DNA of 64,000 nt from Deltaproteobacteria bacterium (GTDB taxonomy: Bacteria; Myxococcota_A; Polyangia; Fen-1088), in the NCBI GenBank assembly GCA_033763315.1, contig JANRKS010000001.1:160001-224000 (forward strand). The letters are read 5' to 3'. The number at the start of each line of letters is the position of its first letter. Positions within the stretch are counted from its first letter, which is position 1. Shown here piece after piece: positions 20,510-30,051 of the stretch. The notes beneath the pieces are model-generated. The model searched no databases, was not told where the DNA came from, and saw only the letters and a list, made by a program, of their open reading frames with translations. A program made the position numbers and the translations under genes.

Positions 20510-21481
20510 ATGGCGTGCGGACGGTTCGCTTGCGTGGCGGTGGGGGTGCTGTGTGGTCTCGCGTTCGGTGTCCTGTCACAGGCGCGTGCGGCCACCGCCC
20601 CTCGCGGCCGCGTTGTGCTTCACGTTGATCCATGTTTCGCAACGAACGAGGCCAGCGTTGCGTCAATCCTTTCGGTGGAGATCGGCCAACCCGTCAAGCG
20701 CGTTGACGCTGGTGTGGCAGAAGCGGCGGCACATGAGCCCTCAACCGTCGTGGTTCGCGTGACCTGTGAAGGCCCAGGTCTGATCCATGTGCAGGCACAA
20801 GGTGCAATCGCTGGCCGTCGTCGCGTGGACCTTGTGGCCGTTGACGCGCGGGTGCGTGCTCGCGTGGTGGCCCTGGCGGTGGCGGAATTTTTCGAGCCAG
20901 CACCAGTGGCACCACCGCCCCCCGCGCGGCCCACGCCTGCCGCTGCCGTTGTGGCCCCAAACGTGACGCCGATGCCAACCACGCGCGTGCTGCTCGCTCA
21001 CGCCAGCGCGCGCCGATTTTTGCAGAGCGAGCACACAAGTTATGGCGGTGGGCTTGGCTTGTGGGTCTCGCACAAGGCTTGGTTTGCCACGTGGACAGAC
21101 GTCGCGGCTGAGCAAGGCCGCGCCCAACGCGCAGCAGGCGCCGTGTTGTTGCGATCCATATCGGTGCGCGCCGGTGCCTCTTGGCAGCGATCGTTTTCGC
21201 ACGTAGGTGTCGCCCTGGGTGCGGGTGGCGTTGTAGGCTTTGTGCGCGCCGAAGGGGAGCCGCGCGATGCCACGGCCACGCCGGCCACCGTATCGGGTGC
21301 GTGGGCGGCCGGATTGGCGCGTGCAGATCTGTTCTACGATCTGGGCCGCGCGCGCCTGCAAGCTTTCGCCGAGGGTGGCCACACCTTGCTCACAATTCGG
21401 GGGCGTTTCGATGCCATCGACCAAGATCTCTGGCGCAACCCATGGGTGAGTGTGGGCCTCGCAGGAGGGTGGCGGTTTTGA
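20510..21481 (+). CDS. Putative outer-membrane protein: periplasmic domain, Pro linker, small beta-barrel (cassette 1)
   Basis: Signal peptide, alternating amphipathic strands in the C-terminal half, and terminal VSVGLAGGWRF (C-terminal Phe). Confidence 0.6.
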   Translation: MACGRFACVAVGVLCGLAFGVLSQARAATAPRGRVVLHVDPCFATNEASVASILSVEIGQPVKRVDAGVAEAAAHEPSTVVVRVTCEGPGLIHVQAQGAIAGRRRVDLVAVDARVRARVVALAVAEFFEPAPVAPPPPARPTPAAAVVAPNVTPMPTTRVLLAHASARRFLQSEHTSYGGGLGLWVSHKAWFATWTDVAAEQGRAQRAAGAVLLRSISVRAGASWQRSFSHVGVALGAGGVVGFVRAEGEPRDATATPATVSGAWAAGLARADLFYDLGRARLQAFAEGGHTLLTIRGRFDAIDQDLWRNPWVSVGLAGGWRF

Positions 21482-22548
21482 AGCTTCTGCCATCCGCTTG
21501 CTTGGCGCTCATTCTGATCGCTTGCACGTCGAGCGATGGTGAAGTGTTCCGTTCACCCGCAGGATCACCGGGCCTACCATGCGTGCAAGCGCCATTTGTT
21601 GTTCAACAGACCGCCGCGGCGGCCTTTGCGGTGACTGCCACCAGCGATGGCGCGCTCGTCGTGGCCCAGGTTGGCGAAGACGCACGCTTGTTTCGCGTGC
21701 GGCAGCCATCGAACAAGCCCACGGTGTCAGCCTTCGTTGTTGGCCGATCCGGCTACACATACAGCGTGGCACCGTCCGAAGGCGCGGGCCCTTTGTGGAT
21801 GGTGTTTCAGAACCACAGCTTGGCTGGGCAATGGCGCGTTTATGCAGCGGCGTGGAACGAGACGACAGGCCTAAACGAAATGTTGACAACGCTTTCGAAT
21901 GATGGCGCCGAGAACATCGGCCCGAAAGCGGCGTGGCTTGGCAGCCGGTTGGGTGTGGCCTTTCGTCAAGATGCGCAGCTTACGTTTGTGGTAACTGACG
22001 GAACATCCATTGTCGGCCGTGATCTCGGTGCGGATCTGTCGCCACCGCCGGTCATCACGCGCGTGTTGACGAGGCCACAGGGTTTCATCGTGGCTTATAA
22101 ACGCACCAACGCCGCGCTTGCCTATTTTGATACCGAAGGCAAGCCGTCGGGCGGCGTTGAACTGCCCTCACCTACGTCTGACGTCACTATGGTTGGCGCC
22201 GCTTTGGTGGCGATCAGTGCGAATGCAAGCGGCCTTGATCGCGTGACGTTGGACAGCAACGGCGTGGCGGCCGTCACGCCTTTGAACGTTGAGGCCAATG
22301 CAAATGTGCTGCGCGTGGCCACGCAGTCCAACCACGTAGCCGTCGCCTATCTGGAGAGCGCAGGCACAGCTGCCGCGCGCTTGCGGTTCTTGTGGAACCA
22401 AGGTGAAAGCAGTTTGGCGTATCCTGCCTTGGTGGTGCCAAACGCGGTTGACGTCGACGTGGTGCCAACCACACAAGGGGCGTTGGTGTTCTATAGAACA
22501 GACGCTGCGGTGATGGCTCGGTTTTATTGTTCGGCGACCATGCCTTAG
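21478..22548 (+). CDS. Hypothetical beta-rich lipoprotein (cassette 1)
   Basis: TTG start overlaps the upstream TGA, giving MKLLPSACLALILIAC (lipobox). Confidence 0.7.
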   Translation: MKLLPSACLALILIACTSSDGEVFRSPAGSPGLPCVQAPFVVQQTAAAAFAVTATSDGALVVAQVGEDARLFRVRQPSNKPTVSAFVVGRSGYTYSVAPSEGAGPLWMVFQNHSLAGQWRVYAAAWNETTGLNEMLTTLSNDGAENIGPKAAWLGSRLGVAFRQDAQLTFVVTDGTSIVGRDLGADLSPPPVITRVLTRPQGFIVAYKRTNAALAYFDTEGKPSGGVELPSPTSDVTMVGAALVAISANASGLDRVTLDSNGVAAVTPLNVEANANVLRVATQSNHVAVAYLESAGTAAARLRFLWNQGESSLAYPALVVPNAVDVDVVPTTQGALVFYRTDAAVMARFYCSATMP

Positions 22549-22572
22549 TTTCTTTCGTGTGGCCCGCTTTTT

Positions 22573-22601
22573 TTTGAGCCGGTTGACCGCACACGCGACA
22601 G
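22573..22601 (+). promoter_or_regulatory. Putative ECF promoter, cassette 1, upstream of the DUF1592 gene
   Basis: TTTGAGCCG at 22573-22581 and CGACAG at 22596-22601. Spacing is identical to the site at 18771-18799. Confidence 0.7.
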
Positions 22602-22609
22602 AGGCTTGT

Positions 22610-24211
22610 ATGACCCTTTGTATAAGGTGTGCAGCGCTGCCTTTGGTGTTGTTGGTTGCGGGGGCCTGCTCTGGCTCTATCGGTGGCGGCGGCTCAAACG
22701 CGGGTTCTGAAGATCCGGGCGGCGGCAATGGCGGCAACGCGGCCAGCGTGGACGAACCCACCGAGGCGCCCGAGGCCTCGTCTTTGTGTGCGGTGATGCC
22801 TCAGCGGCTGTGGCGTTTAACGCCGATGCAGCTTGAGCGAACGTATGCCGCCTTGCTGGGCGGCGATGCGGTCACCCCCGGCTTGGGCAAAGAGTTGTCT
22901 GGCTTCGTGCCAAAGGGTGCGTCGTTCTACAGCAACAACGAACCCATCTTGTCCGTGTCACCAGCTTTTTACGAACAGCTCTACAACGCGGTGGGCACGA
23001 TGGTGGAGCCGCTGAGCAAAACGCCCACAAAACTTGCGGGATGTTTCGCAGATGGTGTCGGTGAACCCTGCGTGAAGGCAACCGTCGCCGATCTGGGCCT
23101 GCGTGCTTTGCGGCGGCCCCTATCCGACGCCGAAGTGCAAACCTATGCTGACTTCTTCACCGGTTTGACCGGCAAAACCGACAAGACCACGGCCCTGGCA
23201 CGGACGCTGCAACGTTTGCTTATGCACCCAGAGGTTTTGTTTCGTTCTGAAGTTGGTGTGAAAGCCGACAAGCTCTACGCGCTCACTGACCTTGAGGTTG
23301 CCACCGCGGTGTCATACACGTTGTCGGGCGCCCCTGCGCAAGGCGCATTGTGGGAGGACGCCAAGACCAAGCGTTTAAACAACAAAGCGGTCACGCAACA
23401 CGCCCAACGCCTGTTGGCCGATCCCGCGTTGGTGCCTGAATTCTTCACGTTCTTGTTCGATTACCTGAAGGTGGAACTATCGTCCGCCGACGCCAAGGCT
23501 GCGCTCAAAGATTTCATCGTGGAAACCGTGTGGAAGGACGCGGGCGACTTCAAGACGCTGATGACTGCGCCTTACACATTTGCCGCGGGAAAGAAGACCA
23601 CGACAACGGAACCGCGGGCCGGCATTCTCACCACCAACGCCGTGCTGACGGTGGAGCGCAACCGCAGCGCCCGCGGCAAATTTATTCGCGAGCACTTCTT
23701 CTGTGAAGATCCCGTGTCGGTGCCGCTCGACGTGAACACCGACATCAATGCCCGCCGGGCCGAGCTTGAACAGGCCGCGGGGCGCACCTTGACGGACGAG
23801 GAGCTGCGCACGCGCCATGTCAGTGATCCCACGTGTGCGCCATGCCATTCCTTGATTGATCCCATCGCGCAGCCTCTGCATGTGTTTGATGATATGGGCC
23901 GTTACCGCACCTCTACCGCATCGGGAGCCATCGTCACCAAAGGCAAGATCACGGGCACCTTGATGACCGATGGAGACATCGCGGATGCACCGGATCTCGC
24001 CGCAAAGCTTGCGAATTCCGGCGAAGTGAGGCGGTGCTTTGTGCAGCAGACGTTGCAATTCGTCCGCGGCCGCCCTGCCACCCCAGAGGAAGAGTGTGTG
24101 GTCGATGTGTTTGTCAACAAGTTCGAGAAGAGCGGCGGCAACATTCGTCAGTTGCTCATCGACATCATCGGCTCTGACAATTTTCGTTTCCGCAGTGTCA
24201 ACGCACTTTAG
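22610..24211 (+). CDS. DUF1592/DUF1588/DUF1595/DUF1585-type lipoprotein with CxxCH heme motif (cassette 1)
   Basis: Lipobox VAGAC, LWRLT, RALRRPLS, PEVLFRSE, RAGILT, CAPCH and IDP...FDDMGRYR. Confidence 0.85.
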   Translation: MTLCIRCAALPLVLLVAGACSGSIGGGGSNAGSEDPGGGNGGNAASVDEPTEAPEASSLCAVMPQRLWRLTPMQLERTYAALLGGDAVTPGLGKELSGFVPKGASFYSNNEPILSVSPAFYEQLYNAVGTMVEPLSKTPTKLAGCFADGVGEPCVKATVADLGLRALRRPLSDAEVQTYADFFTGLTGKTDKTTALARTLQRLLMHPEVLFRSEVGVKADKLYALTDLEVATAVSYTLSGAPAQGALWEDAKTKRLNNKAVTQHAQRLLADPALVPEFFTFLFDYLKVELSSADAKAALKDFIVETVWKDAGDFKTLMTAPYTFAAGKKTTTTEPRAGILTTNAVLTVERNRSARGKFIREHFFCEDPVSVPLDVNTDINARRAELEQAAGRTLTDEELRTRHVSDPTCAPCHSLIDPIAQPLHVFDDMGRYRTSTASGAIVTKGKITGTLMTDGDIADAPDLAAKLANSGEVRRCFVQQTLQFVRGRPATPEEECVVDVFVNKFEKSGGNIRQLLIDIIGSDNFRFRSVNAL

Positions 24212-24226
24212 ATCGAGACAAAAAAC

Positions 24227-25654
24227 ATGAAACTCATTGGACGCAGGAACTTCATCTCGGGTCTGAGTTTAGGTGGCGGTGCCACTGTGCTGTTGCCACT
24301 CTGTCGTCGCTTGATCAAGCAAGCCCAAGGCGCCACAGCAGACGATCGCCGCGCTTTCTTCATTACGACGAATCAAGGCTGGAGCACTGAGGCGGATGAT
24401 CGCATGGTGACGGGGCCTGGCTATAAACCCGGCGCGAACAGCATGATGTTCAAATCAAACGTTCGGTCAGAATCCGATTGGGATCTGCCGGCCATGTTCG
24501 AGCCGCTCAAGGCGCATCAAAAGCAGATGACCGTGCTGTTCGGCTTCAAGAATTTCATGAATTCAGGCGGCGCACCCCACGGCAGCGGCATGTCAACTCT
24601 CACAGGCACGGCGGTGCTAAATCCTGATGAAGACGGATCGCCTCCGGGGTCAATCTCGATCGATCGCTTCTTGGGCAAAGAGCTCAAGCAACGCCATGGC
24701 GATCTCGTTGACTCAACCAATATGGCCACGCTCATGTACGGGCAGTACCAAACAAGCACCAGCGCTGATGGCAAGGGCAAAGCGGCCGATGCCTTCGCGA
24801 CGCCCGTGAAAGCCTACGCGGCCTACTTTGGTGCGGCCACCAACCTGACACCACGACAGGTGGAATCCACGTTGGCGCTGGACAAAAGCCTCTGGGACGG
24901 GCTGACCGCCGACATTGATCGCGTCCGAATGAAGCTGGCAGGCTTTGAGCGACAAAAACTGGATCAGGCGCTTGAATCAGCGCGCGCCTTGGAAATGAAA
25001 TTGGCCGCCCGCGCGCAGATGCCCACAACTTCACAGAAGCCCATCGCGCCCAAGCACAACGAAGGCACGCTGACGAATGCCACGGTGCAGGGATTTGTCG
25101 ATGTATCGGTGCAGGCGCATACGTTTGGCCTCACCCATGTCTCTCACGTTGCAATGCATGGTTACAACACCGAGTCCGACAGCCGCCGTTCGGTCATTCC
25201 TGACATTCGCGAAGACGACACGCACAACCGCGTATTTCACGGTGACCAAGGCAATTACGCTACCATTGAGGAGCGCGAGGCCGACGTGCGCAAGATCAAC
25301 GTCTGGCAGTCCAAACAGGTGGCCCGCATTCTAGAGCAACTTGCCGCCGCACCCGGCAGCGCGGGCACCTTGGCGGACGACACGCTCATCGTGTGGATCA
25401 ACGCTGGTGGCTATATGCACCACCGCGGCCACTTCAACCATCCTGTGGTAATGATTGGCAATTTGCACGGCAAGATTCGCGCGCCGTTGTGGATGGATCT
25501 CACGCAGTACGTTTCAGGCCAGCTCTACCGGCTTGAAGGCAAACGCCACATTTGCGACGCCTACGTCACGATCGCCAACGCGCTGAATGTGCCCATCACC
25601 AGCTTCGGCGACGCCAGCCTGTGCAAAGGCGCCGTGCCGGGCGTGTTGGCCTAA
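24227..25654 (+). CDS. DUF1552 (HXXSHH-like) Tat-exported protein (cassette 1)
   Basis: Tat motif GRRNFI, SISIDRFLG, FATPVKAYAAYF, His motifs THNRVFH and MHHRGH, GTLADDT. Confidence 0.85.
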   Translation: MKLIGRRNFISGLSLGGGATVLLPLCRRLIKQAQGATADDRRAFFITTNQGWSTEADDRMVTGPGYKPGANSMMFKSNVRSESDWDLPAMFEPLKAHQKQMTVLFGFKNFMNSGGAPHGSGMSTLTGTAVLNPDEDGSPPGSISIDRFLGKELKQRHGDLVDSTNMATLMYGQYQTSTSADGKGKAADAFATPVKAYAAYFGAATNLTPRQVESTLALDKSLWDGLTADIDRVRMKLAGFERQKLDQALESARALEMKLAARAQMPTTSQKPIAPKHNEGTLTNATVQGFVDVSVQAHTFGLTHVSHVAMHGYNTESDSRRSVIPDIREDDTHNRVFHGDQGNYATIEEREADVRKINVWQSKQVARILEQLAAAPGSAGTLADDTLIVWINAGGYMHHRGHFNHPVVMIGNLHGKIRAPLWMDLTQYVSGQLYRLEGKRHICDAYVTIANALNVPITSFGDASLCKGAVPGVLA

Positions 25655-25672
25655 GCACCCGCGGCCGCGCGG

Positions 25673-26578
25673 CTATGTGGTGGCGCGCGCCTTGGCCGCT
25701 TTGTCCGCGCGCAGGACGGCGTCGATGGCGGGCTTGGCGTTGCCTTTGGGCGTGAATTCAAGCCCCACGGGACCTGTGTAGCCGACGCTTGCGATCACGC
25801 TCAGCACGTGGCCAAAATTGATCTCCCCCGTTTCAGGCTCATGCCGCCCGGGGTGATCGGCGATCTGAAAGTAGCCGATGAGATCCTTGTATTTGGGGAT
25901 GTTGCCCGAAAGGTTCCCCTCGGAGATCTGCTGGTGATACACGTCGAACAAGATCTTGATGTTGGGCGAATTGACGGCCGTGATGATCTCCGCGGCATGA
26001 TCCGAACGGAACACGAAGGAGCCTGGGTGATCCACCAAAGGGTTCAACGGTTCCAAGATCAACGTGATGTTGTCTTTCGCCACAACTTCCGCAGCGGCCT
26101 TGAGCGACGTGATCACTTCTGCGGTTTGTTGTTCGCGTGATACGTCTTTGCGGTTCATGCCCGCCACCACGGTCATCATCTTGACTCCCAGATCCTTGGC
26201 TTTGCTTATGGCGGTGGGCAAGTTCTTCAGGAACTTGGCACGGTCGTCGGGGCCGTTGAGCCCCCACCCCGCGATGAACTGCACCGGGGTCAGCTTGCGT
26301 TCGGCGCACAAAGCTGCGATGGCGGCGATGTCCTTATCGTTGTGGCCCCAGAACTCGAAGTGAGACAGGCCGTGATCTCCCACGGCCTTGAGCCGATCAA
26401 GAAACGGTTTGTCCTTCCAGAACATCTCCACGTTCACCGCGTACGTAAGATAGGTGGAGAGCTTCTTTGTTGGCGCTTTGCGTGCGGCGTGTGCCTGTGA
26501 GGCCTGCGCCAGCAAGGCGGCGCTGGCCGAAGAGGCAGCAAGCAAGGTGCGACGGTCGAACCCGGGACGGTTAGCCAT
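25673..26578 (-). CDS. Hydroxypyruvate isomerase-family TIM barrel with Tat signal
   Basis: DRRTLL Tat-like leader, LILEPLN, LFDVYHQQISEGN, IADHPGRHEPETGEIN and VGLEF. Confidence 0.88.
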   Translation of the reverse strand: MANRPGFDRRTLLAASSASAALLAQASQAHAARKAPTKKLSTYLTYAVNVEMFWKDKPFLDRLKAVGDHGLSHFEFWGHNDKDIAAIAALCAERKLTPVQFIAGWGLNGPDDRAKFLKNLPTAISKAKDLGVKMMTVVAGMNRKDVSREQQTAEVITSLKAAAEVVAKDNITLILEPLNPLVDHPGSFVFRSDHAAEIITAVNSPNIKILFDVYHQQISEGNLSGNIPKYKDLIGYFQIADHPGRHEPETGEINFGHVLSVIASVGYTGPVGLEFTPKGNAKPAIDAVLRADKAAKARATT

Positions 26579-26713
26579 GCGTGCACCTTACAAAGGGCGT
26601 ATCGCCCAAGCCAAGTGCATTGTGTAAAGGCGCACACGCTTTTACTCGCTGTTTGCCCAATCGTGCGTGGACTTGCGTCTTGGATGTTTGGCGCCTACGC
26701 TGGCTTTGTCTCG

Positions 26714-27274
26714 GTGGATGGGGCATTGGCAGACAAAAGCACAGGGGCGATCCCCACAATAGGTTGGCGGGAAATGGTAACGCTGCCGGCGCTCGGGGTG
26801 GGCACCATCAAGGCGAAGGTCGACACCGGTGCACGCACGTCCGCGCTTGACGCGGATGAGGTGGAAATTCTACGGGCGGGGCGCACGCCCTTGGTCACAT
26901 TCACGGTGCCCCATGAGCAGGATGGAAAAACCATTCGCACCCGGTGCGAGGAACCTTTGTTGGCCGAGCGTTGGATTATCAGTTCCGATGGCCGGCGCGA
27001 ATTTCGTCCGGTCATTCAGACGGAACTGCAATTGGGCGACCAGGTTTGGTCCATCGAAGTCACTTTGACGTCGCGGGCCGCGATGGGCTTTCACATGTTG
27101 CTTGGCCGCGAAGCGATTCGAAAACGTTTCCTTGTTGACCCCGGACGTTCATTTTTGTCACGTGGGAAAAAGAAAACCGCCGGCAAGTCAAAGGTCAAAA
27201 AGCGGCGCGTGAAAAAGTTTGCTAGCACCGTGTCCCCGGCAGCAAAGCCGGCCACGAAAGCACCGACGCAATGA
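26714..27274 (+). CDS. RimK-associated retropepsin-like protease (RimB-like)
   Basis: [18 protein letters not shown] and MLLGREA motifs. Overlaps the rimK start. GTG 26714 is preferred over 26615. Confidence 0.88.
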   Translation: MDGALADKSTGAIPTIGWREMVTLPALGVGTIKAKVDTGARTSALDADEVEILRAGRTPLVTFTVPHEQDGKTIRTRCEEPLLAERWIISSDGRREFRPVIQTELQLGDQVWSIEVTLTSRAAMGFHMLLGREAIRKRFLVDPGRSFLSRGKKKTAGKSKVKKRRVKKFASTVSPAAKPATKAPTQ

Positions 27275-28173
27275 AGATTGGCATTTTGTCTCGTAAGGCG
27301 TCCCTGTATTCCACGCGGCGCTTGGTGGCGGCTGGCCTCGCGCGCGGCCACGAGGTTCGCGTAATTGATTATTCGCGTTGCTACATGAACATCACCTCGC
27401 ACAAGCCGCAGGTGTTGTTGGCGGGCGAACCATTGACCTTCGACTGCGTGATCCCTCGCATCGGTGCGTCGATGACGTTTTATGGCACCGCCGTGGTTCG
27501 GCAATTCGAGATGATGGGCGTGTTTGCCGCCAACGAATCACAAGCCATCTCGCGCTCGCGTGACAAGTTGCGTGCATTGCAGTTGCTGGCACGCGCGGGC
27601 GTGGGCTTACCCGTCACAAGCTTTGCGCGATCAACGAAAGACATCGCGGGTCTCATCGACATCGTGGGTGGCGCGCCGTTGGTGATCAAGCTGTTGGAAG
27701 GCACGCAAGGCAAGGGCGTGGTGTTGGCTGAGACACGCAAGGCCGCTGAATCTGTGGTGTCGGCCTTTCGTCAGATGGACGCCAATATCTTGGTGCAAGA
27801 ATTCATCAAAGAAGCGGGCGGGGCGGACATTCGTGCCTTTGTTGTGGATGGCAAGATCGTCGCCGCCATGAAGCGACAAGGGCCCGAAGGTGACTTTCGT
27901 TCAAATTTGCACCGCGGCGGCACGGCATCGCCCGTGAAGCTCACACCCGAAGAGCGCGCCACCGCCTTACGTGCGGCGAAGGTTCTTGGCCTCAGCGTTT
28001 CAGGGGTTGATCTGCTGCGATCAAAACACGGTCCTTTGGTGATGGAAGTGAATTCTTCACCTGGGCTCGAAGGCATCGAGAAAGCCAGCGGCAAAGATGT
28101 GGCGGGCGCCGTGATCGATTTTCTCGAGAAGACCGCACGCTTTGGCGCAACGAAAGACAAGATCAAAGGTTAG
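27271..28173 (+). CDS. rimK: Ribosomal protein S6--L-glutamate ligase
   Basis: [48 protein letters not shown] and [12 protein letters not shown]. 300 aa. Confidence 0.96.
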   Translation: MKIGILSRKASLYSTRRLVAAGLARGHEVRVIDYSRCYMNITSHKPQVLLAGEPLTFDCVIPRIGASMTFYGTAVVRQFEMMGVFAANESQAISRSRDKLRALQLLARAGVGLPVTSFARSTKDIAGLIDIVGGAPLVIKLLEGTQGKGVVLAETRKAAESVVSAFRQMDANILVQEFIKEAGGADIRAFVVDGKIVAAMKRQGPEGDFRSNLHRGGTASPVKLTPEERATALRAAKVLGLSVSGVDLLRSKHGPLVMEVNSSPGLEGIEKASGKDVAGAVIDFLEKTARFGATKDKIKG

Positions 28174-28195
28174 GCGTTGTGGCGTGGCCACCGCT

Positions 28196-29035
28196 TCAGG
28201 CCAGGCGCGAAGGGCGGCGCGGCTGCCAATGATCGCGCAACACATCCCCCGTTAAGTTGCAGGCCAACACGATCACGCCCAGGGTCAGCCCTGGTGCCAC
28301 GCTTATGTGGCTGCTGCTCCACAAGTACGTGGTGCCTTGCGCGAGCAAAGCGCCCAGCGTGTAAGGCAGCTGCGGGCCCAAGCCTAGAAACGACAAGCTT
28401 GCTTCGGCCAGCATGACGCTGGCAAAGCCATACGTGGCTTGCACCACCAGCGTGCTCATCAAGTTTGGAAGGATGTGCCGCCCAAGCAACCAGGCTTCGC
28501 CGGCGCCTGCCAGCCGCGACGCCAATACGAATTCCTTTTGTCGTAGGGCCAACGCTTCACCGCGTGCGACCCGGGCATAGGAGACCCACCCTGTCAAAGA
28601 CAAGGCGAAGATCAAGTGCGGTACACCGGGCCGCGCCATCAACGCCACCAACGCCAGGTTCAAGATGATCCCCGGAAAGGCAAGCAGCACGTCAACCACG
28701 CGCATGGCGCCCTCATCAAGCCACCCGCCACGCAACCCCACCCAGGCACCCAACGTGGCGCCGACAAGCACGCTAATGATCGTTGTGCAGGTGGCGATCC
28801 ACAGCGACAGCCGCATGCCGTGCAACAACATCGATAACAGATCGATGCCGTTTTCATCGGTGCCGAGTAACGCCGCACCTCCCGGCGGCGCCAGCGCGCG
28901 CCCTAGGTTAAGTGCCGTGGGCGACGCGGGCGCCAACCACGGGCCCAGCACTGCCAGCGCAACATAAGTGCACAGCAAGCCAACGCCCACAACGCCTGCA
29001 GGGTGTTGCCACCAGCGCGCCCGCGTGTGCGTCAT
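28196..29035 (-). CDS. Peptide/nickel ABC transporter permease (DppC/OppC type)
   Basis: LLGTDENGID, EAA loop EFVLASRLAGA, HILPN and EASLSFLGLG. Confidence 0.9.
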   Translation of the reverse strand: MTHTRARWWQHPAGVVGVGLLCTYVALAVLGPWLAPASPTALNLGRALAPPGGAALLGTDENGIDLLSMLLHGMRLSLWIATCTTIISVLVGATLGAWVGLRGGWLDEGAMRVVDVLLAFPGIILNLALVALMARPGVPHLIFALSLTGWVSYARVARGEALALRQKEFVLASRLAGAGEAWLLGRHILPNLMSTLVVQATYGFASVMLAEASLSFLGLGPQLPYTLGALLAQGTTYLWSSSHISVAPGLTLGVIVLACNLTGDVLRDHWQPRRPSRLA

Positions 29036-30018
29036 GGCGCCGCCGCCGGTGAGCGCAAGCGCGGATCCACCAGCGTGTACGTGACGTCCACGAGCAGGTT
29101 GATGGCAAGGTAACTGAGCGCCATCACCAAAACGGCGCCCTCGATGACTTTCCAATCGCGCACCGCCAGCGCATCCAGCAGCAAGGTGCCAAGGCCTGGT
29201 CGCCCAAACACGCGTTCGGTCACGATGGCGCCGCCCAACAGACCCGCCACTTGCATGCCTGCCATCGTGATCATGGGCAGCAGAGCCGGGCGCAACAGAT
29301 GCCTGCGCAAGGCTTGGCTTCGGCTCAAGCCTTTGGCGATGGCGGTGCGCATGAAGTCTTCGTTTGTCAGGTCGAACAAAGACGCACGCAGCAGGCGTGT
29401 GAGCAGCGCCGCCATGTGAATGCCCAAGGTCAACGCGGGCAACACCAGCGCGGCCGCCGTGCTGGGATCATCAGCAGGTCCAGGAAACCAGTGCCACTGT
29501 ACATAGAACCAGCGCAGCAGCAGCGGCCCCAACCACAGCGATGGCACAGCCAAACCCAGCACCGCGAACACGCTGGCCGCGGCGTCCCACCAGCTTTGTG
29601 GCCGCCACGCTGACAAAAGCGCGAGCGGGACCGCCACCGCCAACGCAAACGACACCGCAGCCAACGCCAAACTGAAAGTAAATGGAAACGCACGGCCGAT
29701 GAGTGAAGCAACGGTGGTTTGCGGATCACGGCATGAGTGTCCAAGCGTTCCATTAAACAAACTCGCTGCGAACGCGGCCAACGCTTGCGGTACGCTTTGG
29801 TCTAATCCGAGGCAATGCTGCATGGCCGCGCGGTCCACCGCCTGCGCTTGATCGCCCAGCATGGCGTCCACAGGATCACCGGGCACAAGATGCTTAAGTG
29901 CAAACACCAAGAGCAACACGCCACACATGGCCACCACGGCGCCTGTGGCACGGCGTGCAATGCGATTCGCCAACGGCCGACGCTGCAAGGTTGCAAAGGA
30001 TCGCGAAGCTTGTGGCAT
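29032..30018 (-). CDS. Peptide/nickel ABC transporter permease (DppB/OppB type)
   Basis: LVPGDP, GLDQ, EDFMRTAIAKGL, ERVFGRPGLG and VDPR. Confidence 0.9.
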   Translation of the reverse strand: MPQASRSFATLQRRPLANRIARRATGAVVAMCGVLLLVFALKHLVPGDPVDAMLGDQAQAVDRAAMQHCLGLDQSVPQALAAFAASLFNGTLGHSCRDPQTTVASLIGRAFPFTFSLALAAVSFALAVAVPLALLSAWRPQSWWDAAASVFAVLGLAVPSLWLGPLLLRWFYVQWHWFPGPADDPSTAAALVLPALTLGIHMAALLTRLLRASLFDLTNEDFMRTAIAKGLSRSQALRRHLLRPALLPMITMAGMQVAGLLGGAIVTERVFGRPGLGTLLLDALAVRDWKVIEGAVLVMALSYLAINLLVDVTYTLVDPRLRSPAAAP

Positions 30019-30051
30019 CCGCTTGCGCGCCGTCTTGTCCGCCGTAGGAGT

